DNA of 64,000 bases, from the NCBI GenBank assembly GCA_051294375.1, contig CM119263.1:29842338-29906337 (forward strand). Reading direction: 5' to 3'. The notes under the pieces were generated by a model that was not told the origin of the DNA, searched no databases, and worked only from the letters and a program-made list of their open reading frames with translations. How positions within the stretch are numbered: the stretch's first letter is position 1; each line of letters opens with the position of its first letter. Position numbers and translations under genes: made by a program. Positions 1 through 34,770 of the stretch are shown here, piece after piece. This DNA is from Paraspadella gotoi. Lineage: Eukaryota; Animalia; Chaetognatha.

Positions 1-227
1 GTTACATAATCACAAAGTATATGCGGCATATTTAATATTTGATTATTTTAGTTGAAACTTTGCAGATGAGTGACCAAACTTAGGACATTTGTTACACATT
101 TTATAATTATGTAGTAACGTGATCACCCAAAAATCTACGTGATAACAAAGTTACTGCGGCGCAGCTCATAGGAATAACCATTCTTGTTAACTTTGCTACA
201 GCAATTTTGTATTTTTCAAAAAAGTAG

Positions 228-20605
<20,378 letters not shown>

Positions 20606-20754
20606 CTCAAGTTTTTTTTTACGTTTCGCTTTTTCATTACAATGAGCAACTGAAAATCTCACTGTGGTGTATTAAATTATTAAGCTGAGAAAATAAACCA
20701 TAAAACATGAAACACGGTCCTTTAATACAATTGAAACATTCAGTGAAATATTGG

Positions 20755-20850
20755 CATTAACCCACCATAGCCTGTTCAAAGTCAAGAGCGAGATAGCTTA
20801 TTTATTGAATGAATAGATAACTTTTTATATTGGTTGTACATTGTACAAAT
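20755..20850. repeat. Dispersed ~100-bp repeat (CAAAGTCA.G.GC..GATAGCTTA..TATT.AATGAAT.GATA..TTTTTATATTGGTTGTAC)
   Basis: Copies at ~32393-32490 (reverse), ~60400-60495, ~33790-33850, ~44480-44550 (reverse). Confidence 0.7.
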
Positions 20851-22077
20851 TGAATATACTTACCTGTGCTTACCCGCAAGAAAAAGGTTGACATCTGAAA
20901 AACAGTTGAGATTTCGCTTTTGTATTCTAGTCTGAAACAACAGAGCGTAAGTCGATAAAATTTTAAGCTGTATTTGCTTGCCTATCACTCAAGCTTCGTC
21001 TCCCTCACCCACTTCCTCAATTTCTAAATCCTTTCCGACGTCATCGGACGAGCGGACCCGCCGGCAACACTCGCGCCCGCCTAGCGCAACCCAGTGAACC
21101 CGGCGACGCCTCTCCACGTCGACTCGAACGACCTGGTCCTCTTGCACCTCCCCAAGGTTTCGGTTTCGGAAGAGGTCGTCGATCACTTAACTCCATAGCC
21201 TCTCAATCAAACTTCCCTATTTTCGTAAGTCGAGGTCTTGATACTTCGGAGTCTGCATTTCAAACATTTCCAGTCAAGAAGACAGACTTATTACATTATC
21301 TTTAGCCTTGATCAAAATCTAAAAAAAAGCGCCATCTCTTTTACACAATCTCGACGCGAATAATTTGCATCGTAAATCTCGAGCTCGAGTGATGAGCGCC
21401 TGACAAGGCAGGCAGACAGGCAGAGATCCAAACAGGCGACAGGCTGTCAAGTCTCTCGCCGATTTATCCGCGAATAAATGAAACGCCCGGCGCTTTAACG
21501 ATCCGACAGACAGAGGGACAGACAGACAGACCGGGCGCCAGATTTAAACTGTCGATTTTTGACGTCTGCTCTTTAGTTCGCGGCCACTGGCAGCGAGCAA
21601 AGAAATGATCGGGTCTATCTGTCTGTCTGTCTGTCTGTCTGTCAGTCTGCGTGAATGACCGCGTAAGTTTTATTTTTTCTATCACTTCTGGCAAATGGAT
21701 AATATAGAAAACTACTTTTAAAAAAGGACATTATTTTATAATATTATAAAAATAGTTACCAACAAATCATTTCAGAGCAAACTTATTTGATCATTTTCTA
21801 AGGGGTAAAATGAGTATAGTAGACTGAATACTTAGCAATTGAAAAAACAAATAGAAAAAACGCGAACAAACGAAAACAAATCTATTAAACAAACAAACGT
21901 TCAAATTACAAGCAAAAGATCATTCACGCGATATTGACGCTATTTAACATTACTTACTTCTCTTCTTCTTTTTTCTTTGTTTGTTTACGAGAATTTATTT
22001 GAGTTTTCTCTGGTCGATGCCGGACAGGGACGTACAGCTGCCCGCACACAGCTGCGCGGACGGACGGACAATGGGGC

Positions 22078-22196
<119 letters not shown>

Positions 22197-22278
22197 TGTT
22201 TCATTTCATTCTTTAGCGAACTGAGTCTGGGTTTAGTCACCGCAGGTTCTGGCGATTTCGGAATCATTTTGTCTCTCT

Positions 22279-22362
<84 letters not shown>

Positions 22363-22471
22363 TACGCATCCGACGACTAATTGGAATCGTCGTGACCTCA
22401 GCCCGGCTTTCGGATCTCACCAAGTCTGTCTCCAACTCCAAAGATTTCAACTACTGATGTTGATCTCCAGA

Positions 22472-22555
<84 letters not shown>

Positions 22556-23413
22556 TTCTCTCTTCTTCTCTCTCTTTTTTCGTCTCTGTCTCTAACTTTC
22601 TCGGCGTCTCTCGATCGTTATCGCTAAATCGTTGGGCGTCTTCGAAGTCAATGTCTCCCCGCCGGTTTTGCTTCTGCAACTCCATTCGGTAAAAGAAGAA
22701 AATTGCCAGAAAATCATTGCCTTTTTCCGATCCACACATAAAATTTATAAAAATTACTCCTTCATTTATTAAATAATCAATCTTGACCCTGACCTTTGGG
22801 CAAGCAATGGTGGGATCATGCCTCCAACCCTCAATCCAGTTCTACAAATGTTTTCACCTTAGAATTCCAGCATTGTACCCTGTACATAGTACATACCTCA
22901 CCTTGCCTTAACCCTTTCTCCCCCCCCCCAAGAAAACCTGACCATTTCCAAAATTCGTGGGTAAGTAAATGGCCAGGCGCCTCCAAGTTAGGCGAGTGAT
23001 TTCTGAAGAGCGCGATTCGGATTTCGAGAGCGCTATCGAAGGAGTCCCTTTGGGGAAAAAGGTAGAAGGGAGCTTCACCCTGAGAGTGGGACGGAGAGAA
23101 AAGCAGTCCGGGGGTGAAGCAAAGAAAACGGGGGAGCGATCTCTCGTGATAAGTGGAGCACAAGACAAATCTCATGCGGAGCCGAAGTCGAAAATCTCGA
23201 GTGGAGCCGAAGTGGAGCTTTGAAGGGCGAAAGGTTTCGTGGAGTGATCATCGCTGCGAGGGGGAGGGGATCGTTTCCCCCAGGGGGGGCGGAGGGGGTG
23301 GAGAGGTTGACCGAAGCCAAGTCGAGACTCGATACACGGGGGTTTGAATCCTCTGAGAAATGGGGCGGCGGAGACGAAGACGGCGGCATCATAGAGCAAT
23401 TGTCTTGCCTCTC

Positions 23414-23498
<85 letters not shown>

Positions 23499-25895
23499 GA
23501 TCTTCTAAACGTCTTCTTTTTTCATTCGTTAATCGCGATGGGTCGAAGACGACGACGACGACGACGACGAAAAAGACGAAGAAGCCAACGTGGATATTAA
23601 CGACGACGACGACGACGACACCGACGACGTCCTCTTGCCGCTCAGAGTAATCGTCGGAATCATTATGAGTCCGCAAGTCGTTCGAAGACTTTTTATTTCT
23701 TCAACTACTTTTTTTCACTTTTTCTATTTTATATTTTTTACTTTTTTTTAAAAAATAAATATATATTTATTTCTTTGAGATTTGAAAAGTGATTTTTGAG
23801 ATGTAAGTCGAATTTGAACATTTACTGTTGTTTTCTAGTGACATTCCAGGCTTCGTTCTCCTAACTTTCTAACATTTAGCCTATAGGAAATTAAACATTA
23901 ATTTATCGACCAATACTACAAACAATCAAACAACAAATCAACCAACCTAACTCACGATTCAATCAACCAACCAACTAGCCATTCTACCAGCTTTACGGCC
24001 TCACAAACCAAGCAACCAATTCACGAAATAATCCCCTTCACCTCAGCTTCTTTTATTTATTTTTATTTTTGTCTTCTTTTTATCTTTTCTTCTCTCACTC
24101 CCCCCCTCTCCTCTCCCCCAAATGAATTCCCTTCCAACCTTAATTGTCAACAAACAACAGAATCTACAAAAAACTGCGACTGGTAATCGTCGTCGCTTTG
24201 ATTCTTTCTTATTCTCTTTCGTCGTGAGTTTTGTTTTTTTGTTTCGTTGCTTTGTGTGAAAAAAAAACAAAATCAAATGTGGAAGGAAAACGTTTTGTAA
24301 AATGGAACAAAGAGAAACGATGAGGACAATGACGACGACGACGATAACGACGACAATGAAAGCGAAGACGACGACGACGACAATAGCTGAGTCCCTTACC
24401 ATTTCACGTCCAAGGTAAGTTGACTTTTTGAGCCTAAAATGGGGACAAGAAAAAAGACGATGACGACGACGACGACCACTATGCTTGACCCTGACCCAAT
24501 CAGGAAAAACGTCGTTTTTTCAGTCAAAGTGCAAACTTTTTTTTCTTTTTTTCTTTCAGTAAAAGAAAAAAGAAAAAACCCAATTGAAAAAAGAAAAAGA
24601 AAAGGCAACACACGCCCCCCCAATCCTAACTGTCCGACGCTTTTCCCAAATCCTCCTCTCCCACAGTGATCCAAAAAAATTAAAACCGGATAAAAGCTAC
24701 TTGAACATACAGGCATAAATAAATATTCAGTCTTTCCATAGTAATGGTACAAAGTCATATGTAAGTTACGGGTTTTCAAAAATTATACTTTCTCAAGTTT
24801 TAAGCAAATCTTTATTTTGGGTGAGTCTTTGAGAGGCTTGTTTAGCCCACATGGGTGGAAGAGAAAAATTATTTGACTTTGTTATGTTAAAAGCGTTTTG
24901 TCTAGTTTATTAACAAATAAAAAAGAGATTTTTATATTGTATTACTATGTATGATATTAAAAACATATTAAAAAAAAATTTAAACCGATTTCAATCAACC
25001 AGATTTAGTTCCTAATGATACATCTTCTCATTAATCAGTTATCAATTAAATCTCATCCGCATTTGTCCGCCCATTTGAGAAATCCAAAAATGCTTTTCAT
25101 TCAAAAAATAATAAAAAATAATTCGATATTATTAAGAAATTGTGATATGATTCCTATCTTTGATCTATTTTCCGATCTTAATTTTCTTAGCACATTGAAA
25201 AAAAATTAAATTAATTATTTTATATTTAGCAAACATATACCTATTACTAATAATAATTCAGCTACAATAAATGATTTATTTAAGAACCAAATTTGTCGGT
25301 TAATGATCTTTTTTCCATATTTTTTCAACATCTTGTTAAACATTTTACACTTTTTCAACAACCTCAGAGGGCATCTATGATAATCAGCAGTTATTTTTAC
25401 CAAAAAATGGAGGTTTTTCTGGAAATTTAGGCCATTTGGATCACTGTGCCTCCCCCCTAAAAAAGTCTAATTCTAAAATGAGGACTGATTTCTCAGAAAT
25501 GTTTGCTACCGCCGTTTTTGGACCTTCTTTTCCCGGAACGCCACATTTCATCTTAAATTTGGAATTAGGTTAATTTGATGAGTTTAAAGATTAGGTAGTG
25601 GTTAGGGAACGAGTTAGGGATTTGGTTAGGGATTAAGGTTTAGGATTAAGGGTTAGGGATATTGGTTAGGTGGTTAGGTTAAAAGTTTAAGAATATGTTT
25701 AGGTTGGATATTAAAGTTAAAATTATAGAGCCTTTAGTGTCTTTTAAACTTTAATTATGTATACTGATTTCTAAAAAAAGTATTTGATAGAAGTTAAATC
25801 AGTTGAAATCTCTCTCTCTCTCTCTCCCTCTCTCTCTCTCTCGCCTCCGGGGGAAAACGAGAACACCCAAGACTTTTCTTCCCCCCAACGACCCG

Positions 25896-25930
<35 letters not shown>

Positions 25931-25939
25931 TGCCCGCCG

Positions 25940-26050
25940 GATCACGTGACCCGAATGACCTCCGCCGTGAACACGAGTCTTTATTCACGCTGATTTGCAC
26001 GTGACGATCGGGCGAAGGTCACGTGACCTTTGTTCGCGGGACACGTGACT
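25940..26050. promoter_or_regulatory. Cluster of four CACGTG E-boxes in CpG-rich DNA
   Basis: CACGTGAC at 25943, 25998, 26020 (perfect palindrome GTCACGTGAC) and 26042, about 0.9 kb upstream of the lectin ATG. Confidence 0.5.
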
Positions 26051-26940
26051 CTATCTCTCTCTCTCTCTCTCTGACTTTTTCGGTGTGGCCTCACGGTGAA
26101 CTTAAACTGACCGATGAATACATTTTCGACTTTTTGGATCAGACAATAATGGGACTCTCTATCTCTCTCTCTCTCTTTCTTTCTGACTTTTTCTTTCCAT
26201 TTTTTGATTTCTGCTTTAAACTCATAATATTTTTTCTTAAAGCTTGCTGCAGAGAAACCAGCGCATAACTTATTTAATTAAGAATCGTTTTGTGCTTTTT
26301 CATTATAGGGTAGTCCAATCTATTTCTAGCTTTTTCAGTATTTTATTTAAAAATGAGCGATGTTTTGTATACAAGAAAAGTAAACTTACCCGAATGAATA
26401 ACAACAAAAACGTTTGAATAAGCAAGAGGAAGAGAAGTTAAGGTTCTCTCTCTCTCCTTCTCTCTCTCTCTCTCTCTCTCCCCCCTCCTCTTCCTCCTCC
26501 GCCTGGGTAGGGTGAGAGAAAGCGGTAGAGAGCGAGAGAGAGAGAGATTTAGAGAGCGAGTAAACTTCTCTCTTTCTGACCAAAGTTCAGTTAACCGTCG
26601 GCGATTCCTCATATTTCCAAATTTCTCTCTCTCTCCATTTTTTTCGCTTTTTCCCACGAAACGAATTTTCTTTGTCGTCGTCTTCATTCAACGAAATTTG
26701 CCAATTGTAAAAAAAAAAACAACATTGATTTAATTATATTAAAACAAAAATTTCGCATTTAATTTATTGGAATAAGATTCGCGTTACCCTTATCAAAAAT
26801 AATTAATCACGTTTAAATCAGTCGAAAAACATCGGATATTAAAAATTAGCAAACTCATTTTAACTACAGTCTCAAATATCAAAAATCTAGGATATAAATC
26901 TTAAACACCTCTCGAATAAATCTAAAACAAATCCCCAAAA

Positions 26941-28142
26941 ATGCGTTCCTCTCTTCCATCGCCCCCTACACGAAACTCCTTCGTTAAGTCTTCCGTCCTC
27001 AATGACTACGCCACGATTCCGACGCGTAACTTCGGACCGGACGTAACTTCGTCGTCGTTGTCGTTGGCGTCGTCGTCGTCGTTGTCGTCGTCGTTGTGGC
27101 GCCCCCGACCGACGCCGTCTCCAGTAGATATCAAGGAACTTTATCGGCAGAGATTCTGCGAGACAAAAAGTGAGTGGATGAGAGGGTGGGTGGAGAAGGG
27201 GTGGTTAAGTGGTGTTTCAGGGATGTTGAAGGGGTCTTTAAGGGGCTTCTAAGGGTGTTTTGATAAAGGGGGTCTGAGGGTGATGTCTTAAGGATATTTG
27301 TAAACGGATCTTTAGAGGGATTTTTAAAGAATTTGTGAAAATTTTTCAATGTGGTTTTAAATTTGTTTTTCTGTTCAAAAAGAAGTATACGCTATTTCAT
27401 ATGTGAAAAATGTTGACCATAAAATCAATTCTCTAGAAATGTGCATAGAAACAGGACCAAAATGAATTTCCTAACAGTGAATGATATTTCAAGGCGCATG
27501 AAAAACCGTATAAGAATTAAATAAAGGAAAATATGAGAATGTGAATGAGTTTTCAAGTTTTTGAAAAGAGTTTTTGAAAAGAGTTTTTTAAAGTGTTTTC
27601 GAGTGGTATAAATAGTTTTTTACAAATTTTTCATAAGGGTTTTGGTTGGGTACATGTGGTTTTCACTGAGATTTTTGAAGCACTTTTCAAAGTGATCCTC
27701 TGAAGAGAATTTAGTCATAGGGGCTTTTTGATGCAAAGTATTTTTAAATGATTTTTAAAGGAATTTTTAAATATTTTAGATTAGTATAAGGCAATTCGTT
27801 GTTGGATTTACAAGTGCATTTTTTTTTATTTGCCAATATTTCTTTTCTAATGGACGAACTAAAAATTAGAATTAGAATCAAAATTTTGGCAAAAAAGAAA
27901 AAAAATCACTTGAAAATCCCACAAACTAAACTACTATCTCCTGTGCATGTGATGTCTCTTTAACTACTAATTTTTAAATATATTTTAAGGGGTGATTTTG
28001 GATTTGGTTATTAAAAAAAGGTTTATGCTTTTTAAGATGGTTTCTTAAGGCGTTTTAAAATTGTTTTTAAAAGGGTTTTTGAAACCGTTATTAAAATTGA
28101 CTTGGGTTTTTTTGAATGCCTAATCTCTTTTGTCCTTATCTT

Positions 28143-28203
<61 letters not shown>

Positions 28204-28852
28204 CAGCCCTCTCCTCAAAGCCATCCTCCAGGAGTCTCTACTCTTGCCTCCTCCTCCTCCTCAAAATCCTCCTCCTCTTCCTCTTCCTCTTCACCGTCTT
28301 CGTCGTCGTCCTCTACGTCGTCACCGTCGAGACGAGATTCCGGGAAATCGCCGGCGCCATTCGATCCGGCGCCCTTCAATCCGGCGCCGTTCGATCCGGC
28401 GCCGAGAAAGGGGTGGCCGACAAAAAGAGCGCCGGGATGGAAAGCGGCGACTGGAGCGACGCCGAGAAGAGGTGAGAGAAAGGGAAAGATTTGCTGATTT
28501 AATTGATTCATTCATTTATTAATTTTGTAATGTATTCATTCATTTATTTAAAAATTCATTTATTAATTAATTCTTTCAATCATTTATTTCTTCATTCATT
28601 ACGTGATTCTGAGGGAAAAAAATGCTTAAACTTGATCTAAATAGAAGTTTTAAAAGTTTTTTAAAAAATATGTATACATATATTTTTTGAATTTAGTTTT
28701 AATATTTTATTAAATTAATAATAAATCATTTAAAAAGTTTAATGCTATAGGTTTTTTAAAAAACAGTTTTTAAATTATAAATTATTAAATTATTCGAATC
28801 ATACTTTAGTAGCGTTTTTCGTTGAAGGAAAGGTGCAACAGATGACGAAAGA

Positions 28853-28887
<35 letters not shown>

Positions 28888-29842
28888 TAAGTCTACGATG
28901 AGGATCACGTTCAACGATCGTGATTCGACCACGTGACTTTGGGTCGGGCCTCACTTGACCCGCGCAACCCTTTCCATCTATTCTTTTTAATTTTTCATCA
29001 TTATTGTTGTCGATTTTCTATTATCTTTTCTTTTTTCATTATTTTCTTTCTCATCTTTTTTTCTCTCATTTAATCCTTATTCCTTGTATTGAAAACTTGT
29101 CTCAATATCCGTTGAGTCACCATGGCGACCAAAAACATGTTCGCTCTGAAGAATTCGAAAAAATATAGAACTAAATTTAGATTTGATAAAAATGTTTTGA
29201 TTTAATTCGACGAACAAAGAGAACAAAATGGAAAGAAAAAGAAAAAAGTTAGTTTACAAGTGATTTAAAAAAAAAGTTTAAACATAACTTTCCATAAGTG
29301 TGACTGTTCACAAGCGCGACCCTTGAAGATTCTCGAGAACAATAAAATACAAAAAAGTCAAAGAATAACAAAAGAAAAAAAAATAAAAACAAAAAAGTTA
29401 AAAATAGAATTTCGTAAAAAATAATGTTTTTGAAAAAACTCACTAAAAACAAAGAAGAAAAAAACCCTCGTCGCGTTCGGGGGCGAAAATGAAAGTTTTG
29501 GCGACGGCAGATTCTCACCACGGGGGAAACTTGGCTCCATTTCAAACCCATAGAATGGAATTGGTAAACAAAAGCAAAGGGAGAGGAGACCGCGCTTTGG
29601 CTTCGACGACGCGGCCCCGGGGTTGACCCTGGGAACGAGAGAGAGGGGGGGAAGATAGGGGGAGAGGGGGGAGGGAGGGAGGGCGAGAGAGAGGAGGGGA
29701 GAGGGAGAGCGGGGAAGAGGGCGGGAGGGAGAGAGAGGGGTAGAGAAAAAAAGGGGAAGGAAGAGAGGGAGAGAGAAAAGTCTAGGGAGGAAAAAAAAAG
29801 AAGAGAGGAAGGCAAAAATAAAGAAGAAGTAGAGAGAGGTAT

Positions 29843-29916
<74 letters not shown>

Positions 29917-31636
29917 ATGTTCTTTCGGAGGACAAAAAAAGTATTTTTTTCACTATTTTTTTCTCACAAAAACAAAAAAGTTAAAGTGAATCGCGTCGGA
30001 GTCAGTATTTTGTCGTTGTTGTTGTCGTCGAGCGATGTCAAATGGATTTCAATATGTTATTATTATTTGTTATATCAGTAGTAGTAAAGTCATCTACATA
30101 TTTTATCATTGTCATCAATCGAGACTAAAAAAGATGCTGCTGCCTGTGATATCGATGTCATTGTCGTCGTCGTCGTCGTCGTCGTCGTCCCGGGATGTGT
30201 TGTTAGTTCTCTTCGTCAAACGGCCGTTCCCAAAAACTTTGACCCCCATTCTCTCTCTCTCTCATCTCCTCTTCTTTCTCTTCTCTCTCTCTCTATCTCT
30301 CTCCTCTCTCTCTCCTCTTCTCTCTCTTCTCTCCTCTCTCTCTCTCCTCTCTCTCTCTCCTCTTCTCTCTCTCTCTCTCTCTCTGTTCTCTCTCAATTTT
30401 ATGCGTCGTTCACGACAGTTAACGCCGCTGTGGTTTTGTTCCAGGTTTTTCCGATTGCGATGAACATCTTGTTTTCTTTTGCTCCGAAGAAAACTTCTTT
30501 TACTTTCTTTCTTATCCAAACTTTTTGGTATTATTATGTTTAGTCATAAACAACTTGTTTTTTATTTGTTATAAATATCAAAAATAATATAACGAAAACT
30601 AAATTTAATCGATGTTCTTTTGTTCTTTCAGGGGACTCTTCCGCGAAAGCGACATCTCTCGCTGCCAAAATTGCCAACGAAAATCTCCAAACGAAAGCTG
30701 GCAAAAGAAGAAAAGGCATCGTTTGGATAAAAGAATAAAAGTAATTAAAGCATGGATAGAAAGGTGGACCTTTTAGTCACTTGACCGTAACATTACTGAT
30801 CTCCGATCAATTTAGAAATGTAATATTCGATTTAAGAAATGAAAATTAACTACTATAATTATTGAATATAACTAAATTTCAGGAATTTCAAATGTATACT
30901 AGAACTTTTTCCCCGCCTCCGATTTTCATTTATCAAATTTTTTTTTTTTTCGATTTGGGGATGAATCGACCTCCCGTAATCGCCTTTGACTGGGATATTC
31001 NNNNNNNNNNNNNNNNNNNNNNNNNTCTCGCCAAGTTTTAGCGTCGTTCACCGACAGTTAACGCCGCTTGGGTTTTGTTCCAGGATTCACGACTTGCGTG
31101 AACTCTTGTTTTTCTTTGCTCCAGAAGAAACTTACTTTTTACTTTCTTTCTTTTTCCTAACTTTTTGTTTTATTATGTTTAGTCAATAAAAAACTTTGTT
31201 TTTTTATTTTGTTATTAATATCAAAAATAATATTAACGAAACTAAATTTATCGATGTTCTTTTTGTTTTTCAGGGACTCTTCCGCGAAAGCGACATCTCT
31301 CGCTGCCAAAATTGCCAACGAAAATCTCCAAAACGAAAGCTGGCAAAAGGAAGAAAAGGGCATCGTGGATAAAAATAAAAAGGTAAATTAAATACATCGG
31401 AATGAAAGGTGGACCTTTTAGTCACTTGACCGTAACATTACTGATCTCCGATCCAATTTAGAAATGTAATATTCGATTTAAAAATGAAAATTAACTACTA
31501 TAATTATTGAATATAACTAAATTTCAGGAATTTCCAAATGTTACTAGACTTTTTCCCGCCTCCGATTTTCATTTATCAAATTTTTTTTTTTCGATTTGGG
31601 ATGAATCGACTCCTCGTTCTCCTTTGACTGGGATAT

Positions 31637-31672
<36 letters not shown>

Positions 31673-32831
31673 NNNNNNNNNNNNNNNNNNNNNNNNNNNN
31701 NNNNNNNNNNNNNCTCTCTCTCTCTCTCTCTCTTCTCTTCTCTTCCCACGTCGAATACTTCTCTATCAAATTTCCCCAACTGAGAATTTTGCTCTTCATT
31801 TTCCCTTCCTCTTCTTTTCCTCTTCTTCCATTGCCTCTTTTTTCTTTCTTTTCTTTTTTTTCTTTTCTTTTCTTTTCTCTCTCCTTTCTTTTCTTTCTTT
31901 CTTTCTTTCTCTCCTTTCTTTCTCTCCTTTCTTTCTCTCCNNNNNNNNNNNNNNNNNNNNNNNNNNNNNNNNNNNNNNNNNNNNNNNNNNNNNNNNNNNN
32001 NNNNNNNNNNNNNNNNNNNNNNNNNNNNNNNNNNNNNNNNNNNNNNNNNNNNNNNNNNNNNNNNNNNNNNNNNNNNNNNNNNNNNNNNNNNNNNNNNNNN
32101 NNNNNNNNNNNNNNNNNNNNNNNNNNNNNNNNNNNNNNNNNNNNNNNNNTTTCCTTTCTCTCTCCTTTCCTTTCTCTCTCCTTTCCTTTTTCTCTCCTTT
32201 CCTTTTTCTCTCCTTTCCTTTCTTTCAGGCCGTTCTTCCTTTATTTCCTTCTCCCTTTTACTCCATTCTTTCTTTCCTTTTTTACTATCTTCTTCGTCTT
32301 ATACCTACTCCAAAATTTTCAACTAAAAAATCTTTTTTGTTTTCAAATAAATCTTATTCAAATTGTTTATCTCCTCTAAACTAAGTTTATGAAATTGGTA
32401 CAACCAATATAAAAATTATCCATTCATTTAATAACTAAGCTATCTTGCCCCTGACTTTGGACAGGCTTTGGTGGTTTAAGGCCTCCATCACTCTTACAAG
32501 ATAATGACATATATTTTTTTTCCCAAAAAACCAAATTTAACGTTTATTAAAATTTAATCTTTTTATATAAAATAAAAAGTGAGTCTCCTCTTCTTTCCTT
32601 CATTCTTTCCTCCCTCATCTCTTTTTCCTCTCTCCCTCTCTCCCTCCCTCATTTCTTCTTTTCCCTTTCTCTTCCTCTTCCTCCTCTTCCTCCTCCTCTT
32701 CCTCATCCTCCTCTTCTCACTCCTCCTCTTCCTCTTTCTCAAGAGTCTCCCTTCCTTTTATTCGTTTTCTTCTTCGCTTCGCATCATTTCCTCTTTTCAA
32801 ACCCTGGGAGAGTTTCTTAACCGAATTTGAC

Positions 32832-32862
<31 letters not shown>

Positions 32863-34381
32863 NNNNNNNNNNNNNNNNNNNNNNNNNNNNNNNNNNNNNA
32901 AAACTTTGCGTCACGATGGGAACTGGAATTCCACTGACTGAGATTATGATCTCTGGGAGGAAGAGAAGAGGGAGAGAAGAAGAGGAGAGAGAGAGAGCAG
33001 AGAGATTATAGAGAGAGAGAGAGAGATGAGAATCCTCTCCTCTTTTGGTCTTCTTCTTTATTCGATTTCCCTTGCGTTTTTTTTCTTTTAGCTTAAAAAA
33101 TATTAATAATTTTTAGTTGCGCCGCGAGTACTCGCGGAGCAATTAAAAAATATTAATAATTTTTAGTTGCGCCGCGAGTACTCGCGGAGCAACTCTATAA
33201 GTCACTTTTCGGTCCGCCGGTATGTCTCTTTTCGGTCTGTCCGGAATTCCGATTCTAAGAAAGTTATTGTAGTCATGTCATGTCATGTCACGAGAAATAT
33301 ACGTTATAAGGCAGTCACTGCCGCGCAACACATTGGAATTACCGTTCTTGTTTTTAAATTTTTCTTCTCAGGAAGCAAGATTTTATTTTTCTTAGCTAAA
33401 CTAAAAAATGGCAAAAAAATTGAGTTAAATTCAATTCGTAGGAAAATTTCGTTATTACCCTCGCAATTTTTTCTTGTCAAAGTAGAACAAAGTAAATTTC
33501 GTGAGATCGTTAAATAAGTTTTAGTCTCTCGGTTCGTGATTGTGTTTAACATCCAGCATTGGTCTTTTACAAATTACAAAGAATAGCTACTATCTACTGG
33601 TTGTGTTAATTTGGTCGGTCTCTCCCTGCCGAGAAAACTTTCCGGTTTTTCTAAATTTTTTCTTACAAAGTACAACTATTCTATAATTTCTGATTTGAGG
33701 GTAATATCCATGAAACATTCTAATATAAATAACTTCTCTTGAAACTAAACTTAAACATTTATAATTATATTGTGCTATGCTAACCCCCTATCCAAAGTCT
33801 AGGGCAAGCAAGCTTGTCTCTTGAATGAATGAATGATTTTTGTATTGGCAATGCTTGATTCGTATTATAGATTATAATTGTAATAGATTTCTAATTCAAT
33901 ATTATTCCTCTCACTTTTCTTTTTCTCTCCCTCCCACCTTGCCCCTGTTCCCTTCCACACCCTCCCTCCCCCCCCCTCTCCACCCCCAGTATCCCTCTCC
34001 TTCTCTCTCTCACCGAATCGCAGCCCTGGAATCCCGAGTGGCGGCGCTGGCCTCGCGGGCGGAGAGGCGGCGTCACCAAGACGCCGCCTGGAGGGTCGAG
34101 GTTGAAGCGAGGGTAGAGGGAGCGAGGGAGGAGGAGAAAAAGAGGAAGGAGGACGAGAGGGAGGAGGAGGAAGAGAAGGAGGAGTTGTCTTCTCGGTTGG
34201 ACGCGTTGAACGAAGAATTGAAGAAAGTATCGTAGAAGAAAATGTCAAAGTTGGAGAAGACGAGGAGGAAGATGAAGGAGTGAGGGAGGAGGAGAGGAGG
34301 AGGAGGAGGAGAAAGGAGGAGAAGGAGGAGAAGGAGGAGGAGAGGAGAGAGGAATGTCCTGAACGGTGGAGTGGAGTGGTG

Positions 34382-34424
<43 letters not shown>

Positions 34425-34700
34425 AGAGGAGGAGTATGATGAAGAGATGAGATCGGAGACGAGATAGATGGGAAAGGAGGTGAGATTGAAGAAGGAGACA
34501 GAGAGGATGAAGAGGAGAGAGTAAGGGAGATTAGAGACGTGAGTCCAGAGATGGAACATGGTGTTTGAGAGGGTGAGAGTGAGATGAGAGACAGAGAAAG
34601 CTTAGGAGAAGGAAATGAGAGATAGGGAGGCGACGATACGACCTGGGAGAAATAAACGAGTAATTGAACGAGGGAGTTCAGGGAATCGGTTATGGTGCCC

Positions 34701-34770
<70 letters not shown>

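Noticed and set aside
30631-30740. Mutually exclusive duplicate lectin exon
   Set aside because: Frameshifted copy inside a gap-flanking duplication; more likely an assembly artefact.
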